Below are positions 16,830-24,833 of a stretch of 37,409 bases of DNA, in pieces (the first letter of the stretch is position 1; each line of letters opens with the position of its first letter). Both the position numbers and the translations under genes were made by a program. The notes under the pieces were generated by a model that worked only from the letters and a program-made list of their open reading frames with translations, ran no database searches and was not told the DNA's origin. The stretch comes from an uncultured Leptospiraceae bacterium (GTDB lineage: Bacteria; Spirochaetota; UBA4802; JAGODF01). The DNA lies in assembly GCA_964591055.1 (NCBI GenBank), contig CAZPZJ010000007.1:1-37409 (forward strand). Direction: 5' to 3'.

Positions 16830-17519
16830 TCAATGCCAGCAATGCCAGTCAACCAGCAGGGAAACCAGGTACATGTAATCCTTGTGCGCAATGGATTGGC
16901 CGAGGGCGTATTGTGCAATCCTGCCTTTCTCGTCCCAGACATGATCGCCAAGCGACCATCCGGATGCGTCCGGCCTCACCTGCGTAATGCCGCTCCAGCA
17001 CAATCTTCCCAACGAGTCTCTGGTGGCATTTACGAACAGGGAATAGCCGCCCCGGGGATAAAAATCGCGGTTTTTCGCCGCGCTCCGCGCCGGGCCGTTA
17101 CGCGATTCCTCGTGGCCTGTGTGCGCGCCATCTTCCCACGCTTTCAGCACGCGGCCGCTCATTATGAGCATCGACCGCCTGTAGACAATCAGCGTTTTGT
17201 ATCCCATGGGTACGATGTCACGCAGGGTTTCATTCCCGTGGGGATCGGAAAAATCGCCGGGATTTTCCGAAAGATACGACAGCCCGTTGGCGTAGAGAAA
17301 ATAATCGCCGGTTGCGTGAATATCGAACGGATTTTCACCTGATAAGGCCGGATACCGGTAGGTTACGGGCGGAAGCGGCGAGCGGGAACTGTGGTTTACA
17401 AAGATATCTTCGCGGCTTTCAGGCGTTTCGGCGCCACCGCCGCACGCGGTCTTCAACGATAGCGAAAGCGCACACACCGCGACAAGCAAGCCAATGACGA
17501 GACAGACCGCCAACTCCAT
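16830..17519 (-). CDS. Hypothetical lipoprotein
   Basis: I placed the start at MELAVCLVIGLLVAVCALSLSLKTACGGG (ATG 17519, GGAGAA upstream). The sequence is lipobox-like (LKTAC). I recognise no family. Confidence 0.55.
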   Translation of the reverse strand: MELAVCLVIGLLVAVCALSLSLKTACGGGAETPESREDIFVNHSSRSPLPPVTYRYPALSGENPFDIHATGDYFLYANGLSYLSENPGDFSDPHGNETLRDIVPMGYKTLIVYRRSMLIMSGRVLKAWEDGAHTGHEESRNGPARSAAKNRDFYPRGGYSLFVNATRDSLGRLCWSGITQVRPDASGWSLGDHVWDEKGRIAQYALGQSIAHKDYMYLVSLLVDWHCWH

Positions 17520-17555
17520 GCGCCATTCTCCGCGGGAGAGGATGAACAAAACCGC

Positions 17556-18089
17556 TCAATCGGCCTTTGTTCCCGGAACGGCGCTTCCCCCGGGAGCGGC
17601 GGAGCTCAATCCGCCGCCATTTCCGCGGCGTGCGCCGATGATGCGAACCACCGCCCTGTGAAACGCCGGGAGAGGAACGTCAAGAAGGGGAAGCTCCCTG
17701 TACGCGCGCTCGATGACGGCGTTCTCCCCTGCGCTCATGGGGAGCCCCTGCGACGCCGATTCGATGCGGCGGGCGATCATGCCCTGCAGGGCCTTCACCG
17801 CGGGGCGCGGGGAATACTTCGCGATCATCTTCCTCGCGTACTCCGCCAGGCCGGCAAGCTCCTCCTCGGTTTCGTATGAGGGGTTCTTGCCCAGCGCGAG
17901 CTTATCATACAGCGCCCTGCCCCTTCGGGTCACCAGCCTGCTGTCCGGCTTGACCGGTCCGCCCGAGGCGCTCGCCGATTTGCGCAGGGCGTGGACTGCG
18001 ACCCCGTAGTATTCGTCGGCCGCTTCGCCAAGATTCCCGGCGAGAATGGCGTCCGCGGCTATGCGTTTTTTGCTTTCATCACCCGCCAT
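17556..18089 (-). CDS. Hypothetical soluble protein downstream of the sigma-factor gene
   Basis: I placed the start at MAGDESKK (ATG 18089), with GAGGAGG 6 nt upstream, immediately after the sigma stop at 18101. It has no TM helix and no recognisable anti-sigma (ZAS) motif. Confidence 0.5.
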   Translation of the reverse strand: MAGDESKKRIAADAILAGNLGEAADEYYGVAVHALRKSASASGGPVKPDSRLVTRRGRALYDKLALGKNPSYETEEELAGLAEYARKMIAKYSPRPAVKALQGMIARRIESASQGLPMSAGENAVIERAYRELPLLDVPLPAFHRAVVRIIGARRGNGGGLSSAAPGGSAVPGTKAD

Positions 18090-18100
18090 GCGATTCCTCC

Positions 18101-18727
18101 TCAGCACGCGAGGCTCTCGTTGTAGCCCTTGACCGAAAGGCAGTTGCGCAGAAACTGCATCGCCTTCTGAAGGTTCTGGCTCAGCAGCGAAGGGGATATC
18201 CCGAGTTCCCTGGCGATGTTCTTCTTCCGCCTTCCCGCCAGGACCTCGTGGATGATGCCCCGAAGCGTCGGCGAGAGCGTTTCAATGCAGGAATAGAGCG
18301 CTTCGAACTCGTGGTTCAATTCGACATCGCGGGCCACGTGCGCCCGGGAGTCCTGAAACCCCTCCTCCATATCGCAGGCACGCGCTTTCGCGGCCCTCCG
18401 GGCCCCGTCGGTGATCAGGTTGCGGATGACCGTTCTCATGTAGTTGTAGAACTCGCCCACGGAGTTTCCCCTGAATTCCGCGCTCTTCTCGATGAACCTG
18501 GTGAACGCTTCGTGAATGATGTCGAGATACTCCTCCTCGACACCGGTGCGCACCATCGTCCCGAACCAGCCCTGTACCAGATTGTACACGTCAAGAAACA
18601 CCTCCTGATCAATCTGCTTTCCCCCGCGCACCTGGGCGATGAACATGATGACCCGCCCGGCGCAATCGCCCTGTTCCGTGCGCTCGGCGTATGGGTGTGT
18701 GGTCTGCCTCTGGTTCTCGATAAACAT
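18101..18727 (-). CDS. Sigma-70 family RNA polymerase sigma factor, ECF-like (group 4)
   Basis: Region 2-like sequence: IIHEAFTRFIEKSAEFRGNSVGEFYNYMRTVIRNLITDGARR. Region 4 helix-turn-helix: LSPTLRGIIHEVLAGRRKKNIARELGISPSLLSQNLQKAMQFLRNCL. The start is uncertain (18727 or the internal ATG at 18646). Confidence 0.8.
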   Translation of the reverse strand: MFIENQRQTTHPYAERTEQGDCAGRVIMFIAQVRGGKQIDQEVFLDVYNLVQGWFGTMVRTGVEEEYLDIIHEAFTRFIEKSAEFRGNSVGEFYNYMRTVIRNLITDGARRAAKARACDMEEGFQDSRAHVARDVELNHEFEALYSCIETLSPTLRGIIHEVLAGRRKKNIARELGISPSLLSQNLQKAMQFLRNCLSVKGYNESLAC

Positions 18728-18820
18728 GTCCTCAACCGGCCGTCCTCAAGGATTGAACGTCGCCAACGCCAACAGTTGCTCATTCACGGGGCGCGTTCAA
18801 GCCTTTTTCGGCCTCCCTGC

Positions 18821-19426
18821 TCATTTTTTCACCCTTCGCGCCGCAAGCCACGCAAGGAATCCCGCGATCGCCAGCGACACCGCCCCGGCGATCGCGGCAT
18901 GCGCGGCGATCCTTCTTCCGCCCGAGCGTATCTCTTCGCCGGAAAAACCCACCCTGACCAGCCCGCACTCGCTCCCGCTCAATGGATTGACAAGCACGTC
19001 CGAATATTCGTGAACGCCTGCCGGGAGCTTCTCGTCGGGCGCTATAAAGCGGTAACGCGCGCCGTGGGCATCCACGCCCCGAACGCGGCCCGGAATCCCT
19101 GAATCCGGCCCTGCGATCATGCCATTTTCGCCGGGATCGAGGGAAATCCGCACAGTGTTGTCCGCTCCGATGACGCGCGCGAATGCAAGCGGGGAGTGCT
19201 TCTTGAAGTTGTGAAGTATCGTTAATACGCTTATGTCGTCGCCCGTCTTTATCGCGTCCGTAGCGACGCCGGCGAAGAACACCGTTTCAGACCTGTATCG
19301 GTTCAGCGTCTCCTGCCGGAATATCCGCCACGCGTAGCATCCGAAAAAGACCGTCAGCGCGATTATCGCGACGGCGATTGGCGCCATCACCTTTCCCGGA
19401 AAAATACCATTTCCTTTCAGTTCCAT
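18821..19426 (-). CDS. Hypothetical bitopic membrane protein (TM - about 130-aa extracytoplasmic domain - TM)
   Basis: The N-terminal TM is MAPIAVAIIALTVFFGCYAW and the C-terminal TM is AAIAGAVSLAIAGFLAWLAA. It is the first gene of the minus-strand run that contains the sigma factor. I recognise no family. Confidence 0.55.
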   Translation of the reverse strand: MELKGNGIFPGKVMAPIAVAIIALTVFFGCYAWRIFRQETLNRYRSETVFFAGVATDAIKTGDDISVLTILHNFKKHSPLAFARVIGADNTVRISLDPGENGMIAGPDSGIPGRVRGVDAHGARYRFIAPDEKLPAGVHEYSDVLVNPLSGSECGLVRVGFSGEEIRSGGRRIAAHAAIAGAVSLAIAGFLAWLAARRVKK

Positions 19427-19502
19427 TGTACCTCCCGATTGCGGCTTGATTCTTTGTTCTTATGCGCGATCACGCGCATCGCACATAAGAACAGACGCGA
19501 AC

Positions 19503-19526
19503 ATGCTGAAAAATTCAGCATTTTTT
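19503..19526. terminator. Hairpin + T6 (terminator-like) downstream of the DUF805 gene
   Basis: ATGCTGAA-AAA-TTCAGCAT is followed by TTTTT on the + strand. On the minus strand (the strand of the flanking genes) the run of As precedes the stem, so the orientation and function are ambiguous. Confidence 0.35.
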
Positions 19527-19551
19527 CATAAAACCGCGGCTGCGGCATTTT

Positions 19552-19929
19552 TTATTGCTGCGGCTGTGCTTTGGGGTTCGGCCCGTACCCGTTGGTCTGC
19601 GGATCGCTGTCCGTCACGCTGAAGACGAAGAGCACTATCGCCCCGACAAAAGGAACCAGGATGATGAAAAGCCACCACCCGCTCTTTCCCACATCATGGA
19701 GACGCCTCACTGACACCGCAAGTCCCGGCAGGAGAACCGCAAGAGAGTACAGAGTCCCCAAAAGCCCCATTCCCAGCGCTTCCGCCGACACCGTGCCGGC
19801 CATCACATCAACCACGCCCAGCGCGAATGCAATCAAAATATTGAACAGGGTGAACATCCAGTACTCCTTCCTTCGCGCACGTCCGTCAAATACCGCGTAT
19901 TTTTTCAGCACTTCAAGATACCACTTCAT
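19552..19929 (-). CDS. DUF805 (YhaH/YhaI-like) inner-membrane protein
   Basis: MKWYLEVLKKYAVFDGRARRKEYWMFTLFNILI..LLPGLAVSVRRLHDVGKSGWWLFIILVPFVGAIVLFVF is the typical DUF805 signature. I placed the start at ATG 19929 (GGAGGG upstream), not the track start at 20082. Confidence 0.8.
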   Translation of the reverse strand: MKWYLEVLKKYAVFDGRARRKEYWMFTLFNILIAFALGVVDVMAGTVSAEALGMGLLGTLYSLAVLLPGLAVSVRRLHDVGKSGWWLFIILVPFVGAIVLFVFSVTDSDPQTNGYGPNPKAQPQQ

Positions 19930-20093
19930 TGTTCCCTCCAAAATATAAACATTATATTTGTACGTCCCGGTAAAACCGGGATGCTGTACGCGTTCAAGCA
20001 CCTTCATCCCGTCTCCCCGGAGGGGATTGGCTGTATGGCGGAATCCCGGACATTTCAATACAGGGGAAAAGTCAATGGGCAATCAAATTATCA

Positions 20094-20122
20094 TTGACAT
20101 CATAATAAGTGATGTATATGAT
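20094..20122 (+). promoter_or_regulatory. Near-consensus sigma70 promoter upstream of the FliM-like gene
   Basis: TTGACA (20094..20099), a 17-nt spacer, then TATGAT (20117..20122). This implies a leader of about 135 nt before ATG 20263. Confidence 0.5.
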
Positions 20123-20262
20123 TCTTGCAACAAACTATTTTTCACAGCCAGCAAATTATTGCTAAAAAAAATACGGAGTCACCGTCTATTCAGGAGAGCG
20201 GCCATGCGGGACAGCCCGGCGAAGCCGCTGTGTTGAATACCAACGGAACCCAGGAGGAGTTC

Positions 20263-21180
20263 ATGACGGATATACTCTCAAAGGAGGAGATCGAAGCCCT
20301 TCTCAACGCGATTGCCACGGGCAATTTCGATACGACACATCATTACTATGGAAAAGAGCAGCGAAAAGTCACGCACTACGATTTCCGCCGTCCTGAAAAG
20401 TATACTGAGGCCCACCTGCAGGCACTCCGGAGGGTGCACAAGGACTTCGCGGCGCAAGCCATGCGCGTCCTCTCGGGCCAGCTTGGCGTTCGCGCCGACG
20501 TTCAGATCGATGGGGTGCACCAGCTTACCTATGAAGAGTTCTTACGCACCCTGCCTAATCCCACGGCCCTGGGCATCATCGCAATGGATCCCCTGGGCGA
20601 ATACGCGGCGCTGGAGATAGACCCTGCGCTCGCGTGTGCGATGATTGATTTACTGTGCGGCGGGACAGGGGACTATTGTACAACTCCGCGCGCTCTGACC
20701 GACGTGGGGCTCTCGATCATGGAATTTATCTTTGTCCGCCTGCTGGGAGAGCTGCGGCAATCATGGTCGGGCATCATCGACCTGCTCCCGCGGCTGATGA
20801 ACATCGAGCCCGATCCGCGAAACGCGCGGCTCACAAACCCCGATGAAATGATTGTTTCTATCGCCTTCTCCACAAAGGTTGGCCCGGTCGAGGGGGTCAT
20901 CAATCTCTGCCTGCTCGAAAAAGCCTGCGGCCTCCATAAAACCGTTGACACGGCAAGCCGCAGCGGAGCGCCTCCGGCGGGAAAGGGAATCCTCGCTGAC
21001 GCGATTGAAAAGACCGTGTACTCCCTGTACCGCGTCTATCCGCTTCGCGCTCCGGCAGGATATCCTTCGTGGTCAATCCCGGCCACAAAGGGCCTTAAAA
21101 TCGCCGTCGACCCGAACGTGCGGGATACCACGGAATATGAGCAACACAAAACCTGTCAGGGAGGCGGCCATGAACAGTGA
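20263..21180 (+). CDS. fliM: FliM-like flagellar switch (C-ring) protein
   Basis: AGGAGG lies 5 nt upstream of ATG 20263. The N-terminus MTDILSKEEIEALLNAI matches the LSxxEIDALL-type CheY-P-binding peptide. The core reads YDFRRPEKYTEAHLQALRRVHKDFA..VHQLTYEEFLRTLPNPTALGIIAMDPLGEYAALEIDPALACAMIDLLCGG and ..GVINLCLLEKACGL, which is close to the FliM consensus. The C-terminal 80 aa or so are divergent, and by eye I cannot decide whether a SpoA fold is present. Confidence 0.8.
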   Translation: MTDILSKEEIEALLNAIATGNFDTTHHYYGKEQRKVTHYDFRRPEKYTEAHLQALRRVHKDFAAQAMRVLSGQLGVRADVQIDGVHQLTYEEFLRTLPNPTALGIIAMDPLGEYAALEIDPALACAMIDLLCGGTGDYCTTPRALTDVGLSIMEFIFVRLLGELRQSWSGIIDLLPRLMNIEPDPRNARLTNPDEMIVSIAFSTKVGPVEGVINLCLLEKACGLHKTVDTASRSGAPPAGKGILADAIEKTVYSLYRVYPLRAPAGYPSWSIPATKGLKIAVDPNVRDTTEYEQHKTCQGGGHEQ

Positions 21181-24172
21181 AGAGCGCGAAATAGCAAATA
21201 CGCTTGACGGACTTGACAGCCTTGAGTCCCCACCCCATCGCGAACGCACCGAAAGCCGACGCGAGGACGGGACGGCAGCGGCGGTGCGGCCGGAAGACTG
21301 CGAAAGGATCACGCGCTCGCTTCTCGAGTGCGCATCCGAGCTGAAAACGGACTTCAATCGAGAAACAGCGATTACGCCCCGGGCGCCCTTTCACGGCACG
21401 GCAGGACAACTGCGCGAAACAATGCCGGCTGACTTCATTCGCGTTGCGGTGGCGTGTAATCCGGCCGACCGCAACGGCGCGCTCGCCGGAATCGCCATCG
21501 GGAGGGGGCAGGCCGTCGAAATCGCAACGCTGATTGACGGAGCTCCTCCCGCTGATGACGAACGCATGTCCGAAACAATCCGGGATTTCGCGTTCACCCT
21601 TGTCAATCGGGCGCTTCCGCTTCTCCTCGGATCGCCGACTCCCCCGCCCGCGATCGGCCCTGTTCAGGAAAACATTGACCACACGGTCGAGATTATTATC
21701 GCCCCGTGCGAAATCCGTTTCGACGCCGCGGGGACCCTGCCCTTTTTCTTTTTCATCGAGCCGTCCCTGCTTCAAGACAACGGCGGCTTGGCGACATTCG
21801 ACCAGGACAGCATTAACGCGATTCCGTACGCCCATAACGAACCGACCGGCGCCGGCGCGCAACCGCTCCCTGCGCCCGCGCCGTCCCGGCCGCAACGCCC
21901 GGCGTCCGTACACCTTCGCGTGTTCGACATGGTGCGCGCCGGAGGGGTCACCTCGACGTGGAAGGCGCGCAGGGCCGCCCGGAAACTGCTCTCCTCCCTG
22001 ACCGGCGATGAGAAGCGCGCGCTCACGGGCGTCGCCGATGTCCCCCAAGCCGGACGGCCGGCCCTCGACGCGCTCCTTTGCATGATAAAGGAGGAAATCG
22101 CACGACATAAAAAGGGGATTATCAACATGGAATTCCTCGTGCCGGAACTCGCGCAGCTTCCCGAGCTCCCCCTGCCGCTTGCCGTCCGCTTTGACGGCGG
22201 CGCCTTCAGGCCCGGCGAAACGCCCTCCATCGCCGACGCGTCGCACCAGCCCATCGAGCGCTATCTCGGCTGCCGGGGAGAGCTGCTGTTCGCCGGAAAA
22301 ACGATCGCGCATGCGACGCTCAGGCGCTCCGAACGCGAGGGGCTGCACCTTGAAATCGACACTCAGCCCGCGCCGCGCACGGGCGCAGAAATCGCCGCCA
22401 TCGCCCTTGACCACATGGCGCCGCTTTCCGTTGAAATCGGCCGCGTCGTTCTTGACGCCGGGGAAGCGGCCTCGCTCCGGGAAGGCTCCGTCATCGCCTT
22501 CAACCGCCTGGCGGGCGAACCTCTTTCCGTGATGTATGGGGCAAGCGATATCACGCTGTTCAGCGGCGAGATTGTAACAATTGAAAATGATTACGGCTCA
22601 AAGAATTTCGCCGTGCGGGTGACGGACGTCGCGCGCAGGATGGACAACCCGAAAGTCCTTCCCATGTTTACAAAGCGGCCCCGAACGCCCGGCGCCCCGT
22701 CGCTTACCGCCCGCTTTCTGCTGGGAACGACGTCAGTTCCGTTGAAAGACCTCATCTGCTTCGGCGAAGGCTCCCTCATCGAGCTCGACAGGAAGATTGA
22801 CGAGCCGGCATGGCTGGAGTTCAGCGACGGCTCGATAGTGAGCGTTGAAACCATAATACAAGATGAATTGTTTGCCGCGAGGATCACAAGCGGGCAATCG
22901 GGCGCAACGGCGGAAACATGCGCCGCCGCGTCGGATGAATGTTTCCTGCCCGAGGAGGAAAGCCCGGAGGGAAATCCCGGCCCCGCCATTGAGGACATGC
23001 CGGCAGGCGGAGCGGAAGACACGTTCGCGCCGGACGCTTTCGACGAGTTCCACGCGCTCATTGAAACCATGCGACAGTCCATTGAACGGGACGATTCCGG
23101 ACGCGACATTGAACGCGAGCTCAACGAGCTCATTGACGTCGACCCCGGAAAAACGGCCCGTGCGCTCGCCCGATGGATTGAAAGCGAACCCCAGCGCGCC
23201 GCGGCGTTTCTCGTCGCGACTGGAGACGAGCGCGCGGCGAAGCTTGTCAGCCTGACTCCCGACGAATTGCTCGGGACAATCACGTTTGAGCTCAGCCGCG
23301 CCGGGGACGTCCTTCCCTCGAGGAAACGGGAACTCGTCGTCGAGGCGCTCGCACGGATACACGCGCTCGACGCCGTTTCATCCGGCGGCGTCGACTACGC
23401 CCGAAAAGTGCTCGAACGGGCCGTGGGCGAGCAGAGGGCCATCGATATCGTCAACCGGCTTACCGCGTCGCTGGTGGCGCTCCCGTTTGACTTCATTCGG
23501 CGCGCCGACCCGGAACAGCTTCGCAACATCATCTGCGACGAACACCCGCAGGTGATCGCGCTCGTCCTGGCGCACCTGGACCCGTCCATGAGCGCGCAGA
23601 TCCTTTCCGGGCTCAGCCACCAGATCCAGGCGATCGTGGCGATGCGCATCGCCATTATGGGCCGCACCTCTCCCGGCGTGATTCGCGAAGTGGAGCGAGT
23701 GCTGGAGCGCAGGCTCTCCACGCTGGACGGCGGGGATTTCATGACGGCGGGCGGCATCGACGCCCTGGTGGAAGTGCTCACCAACGTGGACCGCGGAACC
23801 GAGAAGATGATCATCGAGGCGCTCGAAGAGGAGGAACAGGAGCTCGCCGAGGAGATCAAGAAGCGGATGTTCGTGTTCGAGGACATCGTGCTACTGGACG
23901 ACCTCTCCATCCAGAAGGTGCTCCGGGAGGTCGACACCCGGGACCTGGCCAGGGCGCTCAAGTGGGCGGACGCGGAAGCGCAGGAGAAATTTTTCCGCAA
24001 CATGTCGGAGCGCGCCTCCTCGCTGCTGCGCGCGGACATAAACTTCATGGGCCCCACAGTCCTGCGCGACGTCGAGGAGGCTCAGCAGAAGATTGTGAAC
24101 ATTATCAGGAAACTTGAGGAAGCCGGCGATATCATCATCGCCCGCGCCGGCGACAATGAGCTTGTCGTCTGA
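21170..24172 (+). CDS. fliG: 1000-aa fusion: N-terminal (CheC/FliM-middle-like?) region + three SpoA/FliN-type domains + acidic linker + full-length FliG
   Basis: I placed the start at ATG 21170 (AGGGAGG 6 nt upstream); it overlaps the fliM-like stop (ATGAACAGTGA). SpoA-type blocks lie at 22172..22360 (degenerate), 22424..22630 (LSVEIGRVVLDAGEAASLREGSVIAFNRLAGEPLSVMYG..FAVRVTDV) and 22703..22888 (LTARFLLGTTSVPLKDLICFGEGSLIELDRKIDEPAWLEF..FAARIT). FliG spans 23141..24169 (EHPQVIALVLAHL, MFVFEDIVLLDD, SIQKVLREVDTRDLARALK, NMSERASSLLRADINFMGP, DVEEAQQKIVNIIRKLEEAGDIIIA). The track start at 20852 adds an Arg-rich out-of-context extension. Confidence 0.85.
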   Translation: MNSEEREIANTLDGLDSLESPPHRERTESRREDGTAAAVRPEDCERITRSLLECASELKTDFNRETAITPRAPFHGTAGQLRETMPADFIRVAVACNPADRNGALAGIAIGRGQAVEIATLIDGAPPADDERMSETIRDFAFTLVNRALPLLLGSPTPPPAIGPVQENIDHTVEIIIAPCEIRFDAAGTLPFFFFIEPSLLQDNGGLATFDQDSINAIPYAHNEPTGAGAQPLPAPAPSRPQRPASVHLRVFDMVRAGGVTSTWKARRAARKLLSSLTGDEKRALTGVADVPQAGRPALDALLCMIKEEIARHKKGIINMEFLVPELAQLPELPLPLAVRFDGGAFRPGETPSIADASHQPIERYLGCRGELLFAGKTIAHATLRRSEREGLHLEIDTQPAPRTGAEIAAIALDHMAPLSVEIGRVVLDAGEAASLREGSVIAFNRLAGEPLSVMYGASDITLFSGEIVTIENDYGSKNFAVRVTDVARRMDNPKVLPMFTKRPRTPGAPSLTARFLLGTTSVPLKDLICFGEGSLIELDRKIDEPAWLEFSDGSIVSVETIIQDELFAARITSGQSGATAETCAAASDECFLPEEESPEGNPGPAIEDMPAGGAEDTFAPDAFDEFHALIETMRQSIERDDSGRDIERELNELIDVDPGKTARALARWIESEPQRAAAFLVATGDERAAKLVSLTPDELLGTITFELSRAGDVLPSRKRELVVEALARIHALDAVSSGGVDYARKVLERAVGEQRAIDIVNRLTASLVALPFDFIRRADPEQLRNIICDEHPQVIALVLAHLDPSMSAQILSGLSHQIQAIVAMRIAIMGRTSPGVIREVERVLERRLSTLDGGDFMTAGGIDALVEVLTNVDRGTEKMIIEALEEEEQELAEEIKKRMFVFEDIVLLDDLSIQKVLREVDTRDLARALKWADAEAQEKFFRNMSERASSLLRADINFMGPTVLRDVEEAQQKIVNIIRKLEEAGDIIIARAGDNELVV

Positions 24173-24234
24173 GCCCGTATTCAAATCGTGACGGACTATC
24201 ATCCGAATAAACACCTAATCAGGGATGTCACACT

Positions 24235-24633
24235 ATGTTCAACAGTAAGTTCATCGGTAAATGGGCCTGGGAATCACAGGACGCCCAGAAGCGCTCCATT
24301 GAATTCTCCGACGACCACGGCCGACTGGCGTACAGGATTACCGACAACGGGATTAATGCCTGGACCCCCAAAGCCCTGGAGGTTGAAAAAGTAGACGGCG
24401 GTTGTTTCTTTACCAACAACTGGATGGGCGAGAACGGCGACGCGATGTTTCTGTACGAGGTCAGGGACCGCACCGGAGAAGCCGAAAACGTCAACACGTT
24501 CATCAACGTCCAGGAATGGAGAATCATTTCCGATACTTCTTTGAACCAGGTGAACAGGGGATTTACATTCGACAGGAAGGAAAACGCATGGAAGGAGTTC
24601 CGTGAGGAGCTGCTCCTGCGGAAATTGAGCTGA
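24235..24633 (+). CDS. Small hypothetical protein (132 aa), possibly co-transcribed with the FliG fusion
   Basis: This clean ORF starts 62 nt after the fusion gene. It is Trp-rich and looks beta-rich (FIGKWAWESQD..RLAYRITDNG..FLYEVRD..WRIISD). I recognise no family, and the RBS is weak. Confidence 0.5.
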   Translation: MFNSKFIGKWAWESQDAQKRSIEFSDDHGRLAYRITDNGINAWTPKALEVEKVDGGCFFTNNWMGENGDAMFLYEVRDRTGEAENVNTFINVQEWRIISDTSLNQVNRGFTFDRKENAWKEFREELLLRKLS

Positions 24634-24662
24634 GATGGACGCCCGGCAATGAATTCCCCCGA

Positions 24663-24692
24663 CGAAGGCGCGAAAGCGTTTTCGCGCCTTCG
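24663..24692. repeat. Palindromic REP-like element, copy B (inverted relative to copy A)
   Basis: CGAAGGCGCGAAAGCGTTTTCGCGCCTTCG is the exact reverse complement of 14810..14839. A second perfect hairpin follows at 24727..24749 (CCAAAGGGGC-GAA-GCCCCTTTGG). Both lie between convergent genes. Confidence 0.6.
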
Positions 24693-24833
24693 TTATGCAA
24701 CCCCTTCACGCCACAAAAAATCGCGACCAAAGGGGCGAAGCCCCTTTGGAATCCCCTTCCAGTACTCCAGTCGGCCTGGGGTCCAGTGGGTCCCTCTGAC
24801 GCCCTTCATCACACCCATGACCGTACGCTCCCA

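Noticed and set aside
18248-19102. 284-aa plus-strand ORF opposite the sigma-factor gene
   Set aside because: It is an antisense shadow. The minus strand encodes clear sigma regions 2 and 4.
20852-21169. Upstream 106 codons of the 1106-aa track ORF, and the idea that they represent a frameshifted SpoA C-terminus of the FliM-like gene
   Set aside because: I translated all three frames over 20940..21170 by eye. None gives a convincing SpoA pattern, only weak resemblances such as GLKIAVDPNV...TTEY in the FliM frame. The extension is Arg/Ser-rich and overlaps the FliM frame, and a strong RBS precedes ATG 21170. A degenerate SpoA in the FliM tail remains possible but unsupported.
21095-22414. 439-aa minus-strand ORF overlapping the FliG-fusion gene
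   Set aside because: It has an Arg/Gly-rich composition typical of antisense frames in high-GC DNA. The plus strand carries recognisable SpoA domains over the same bases.
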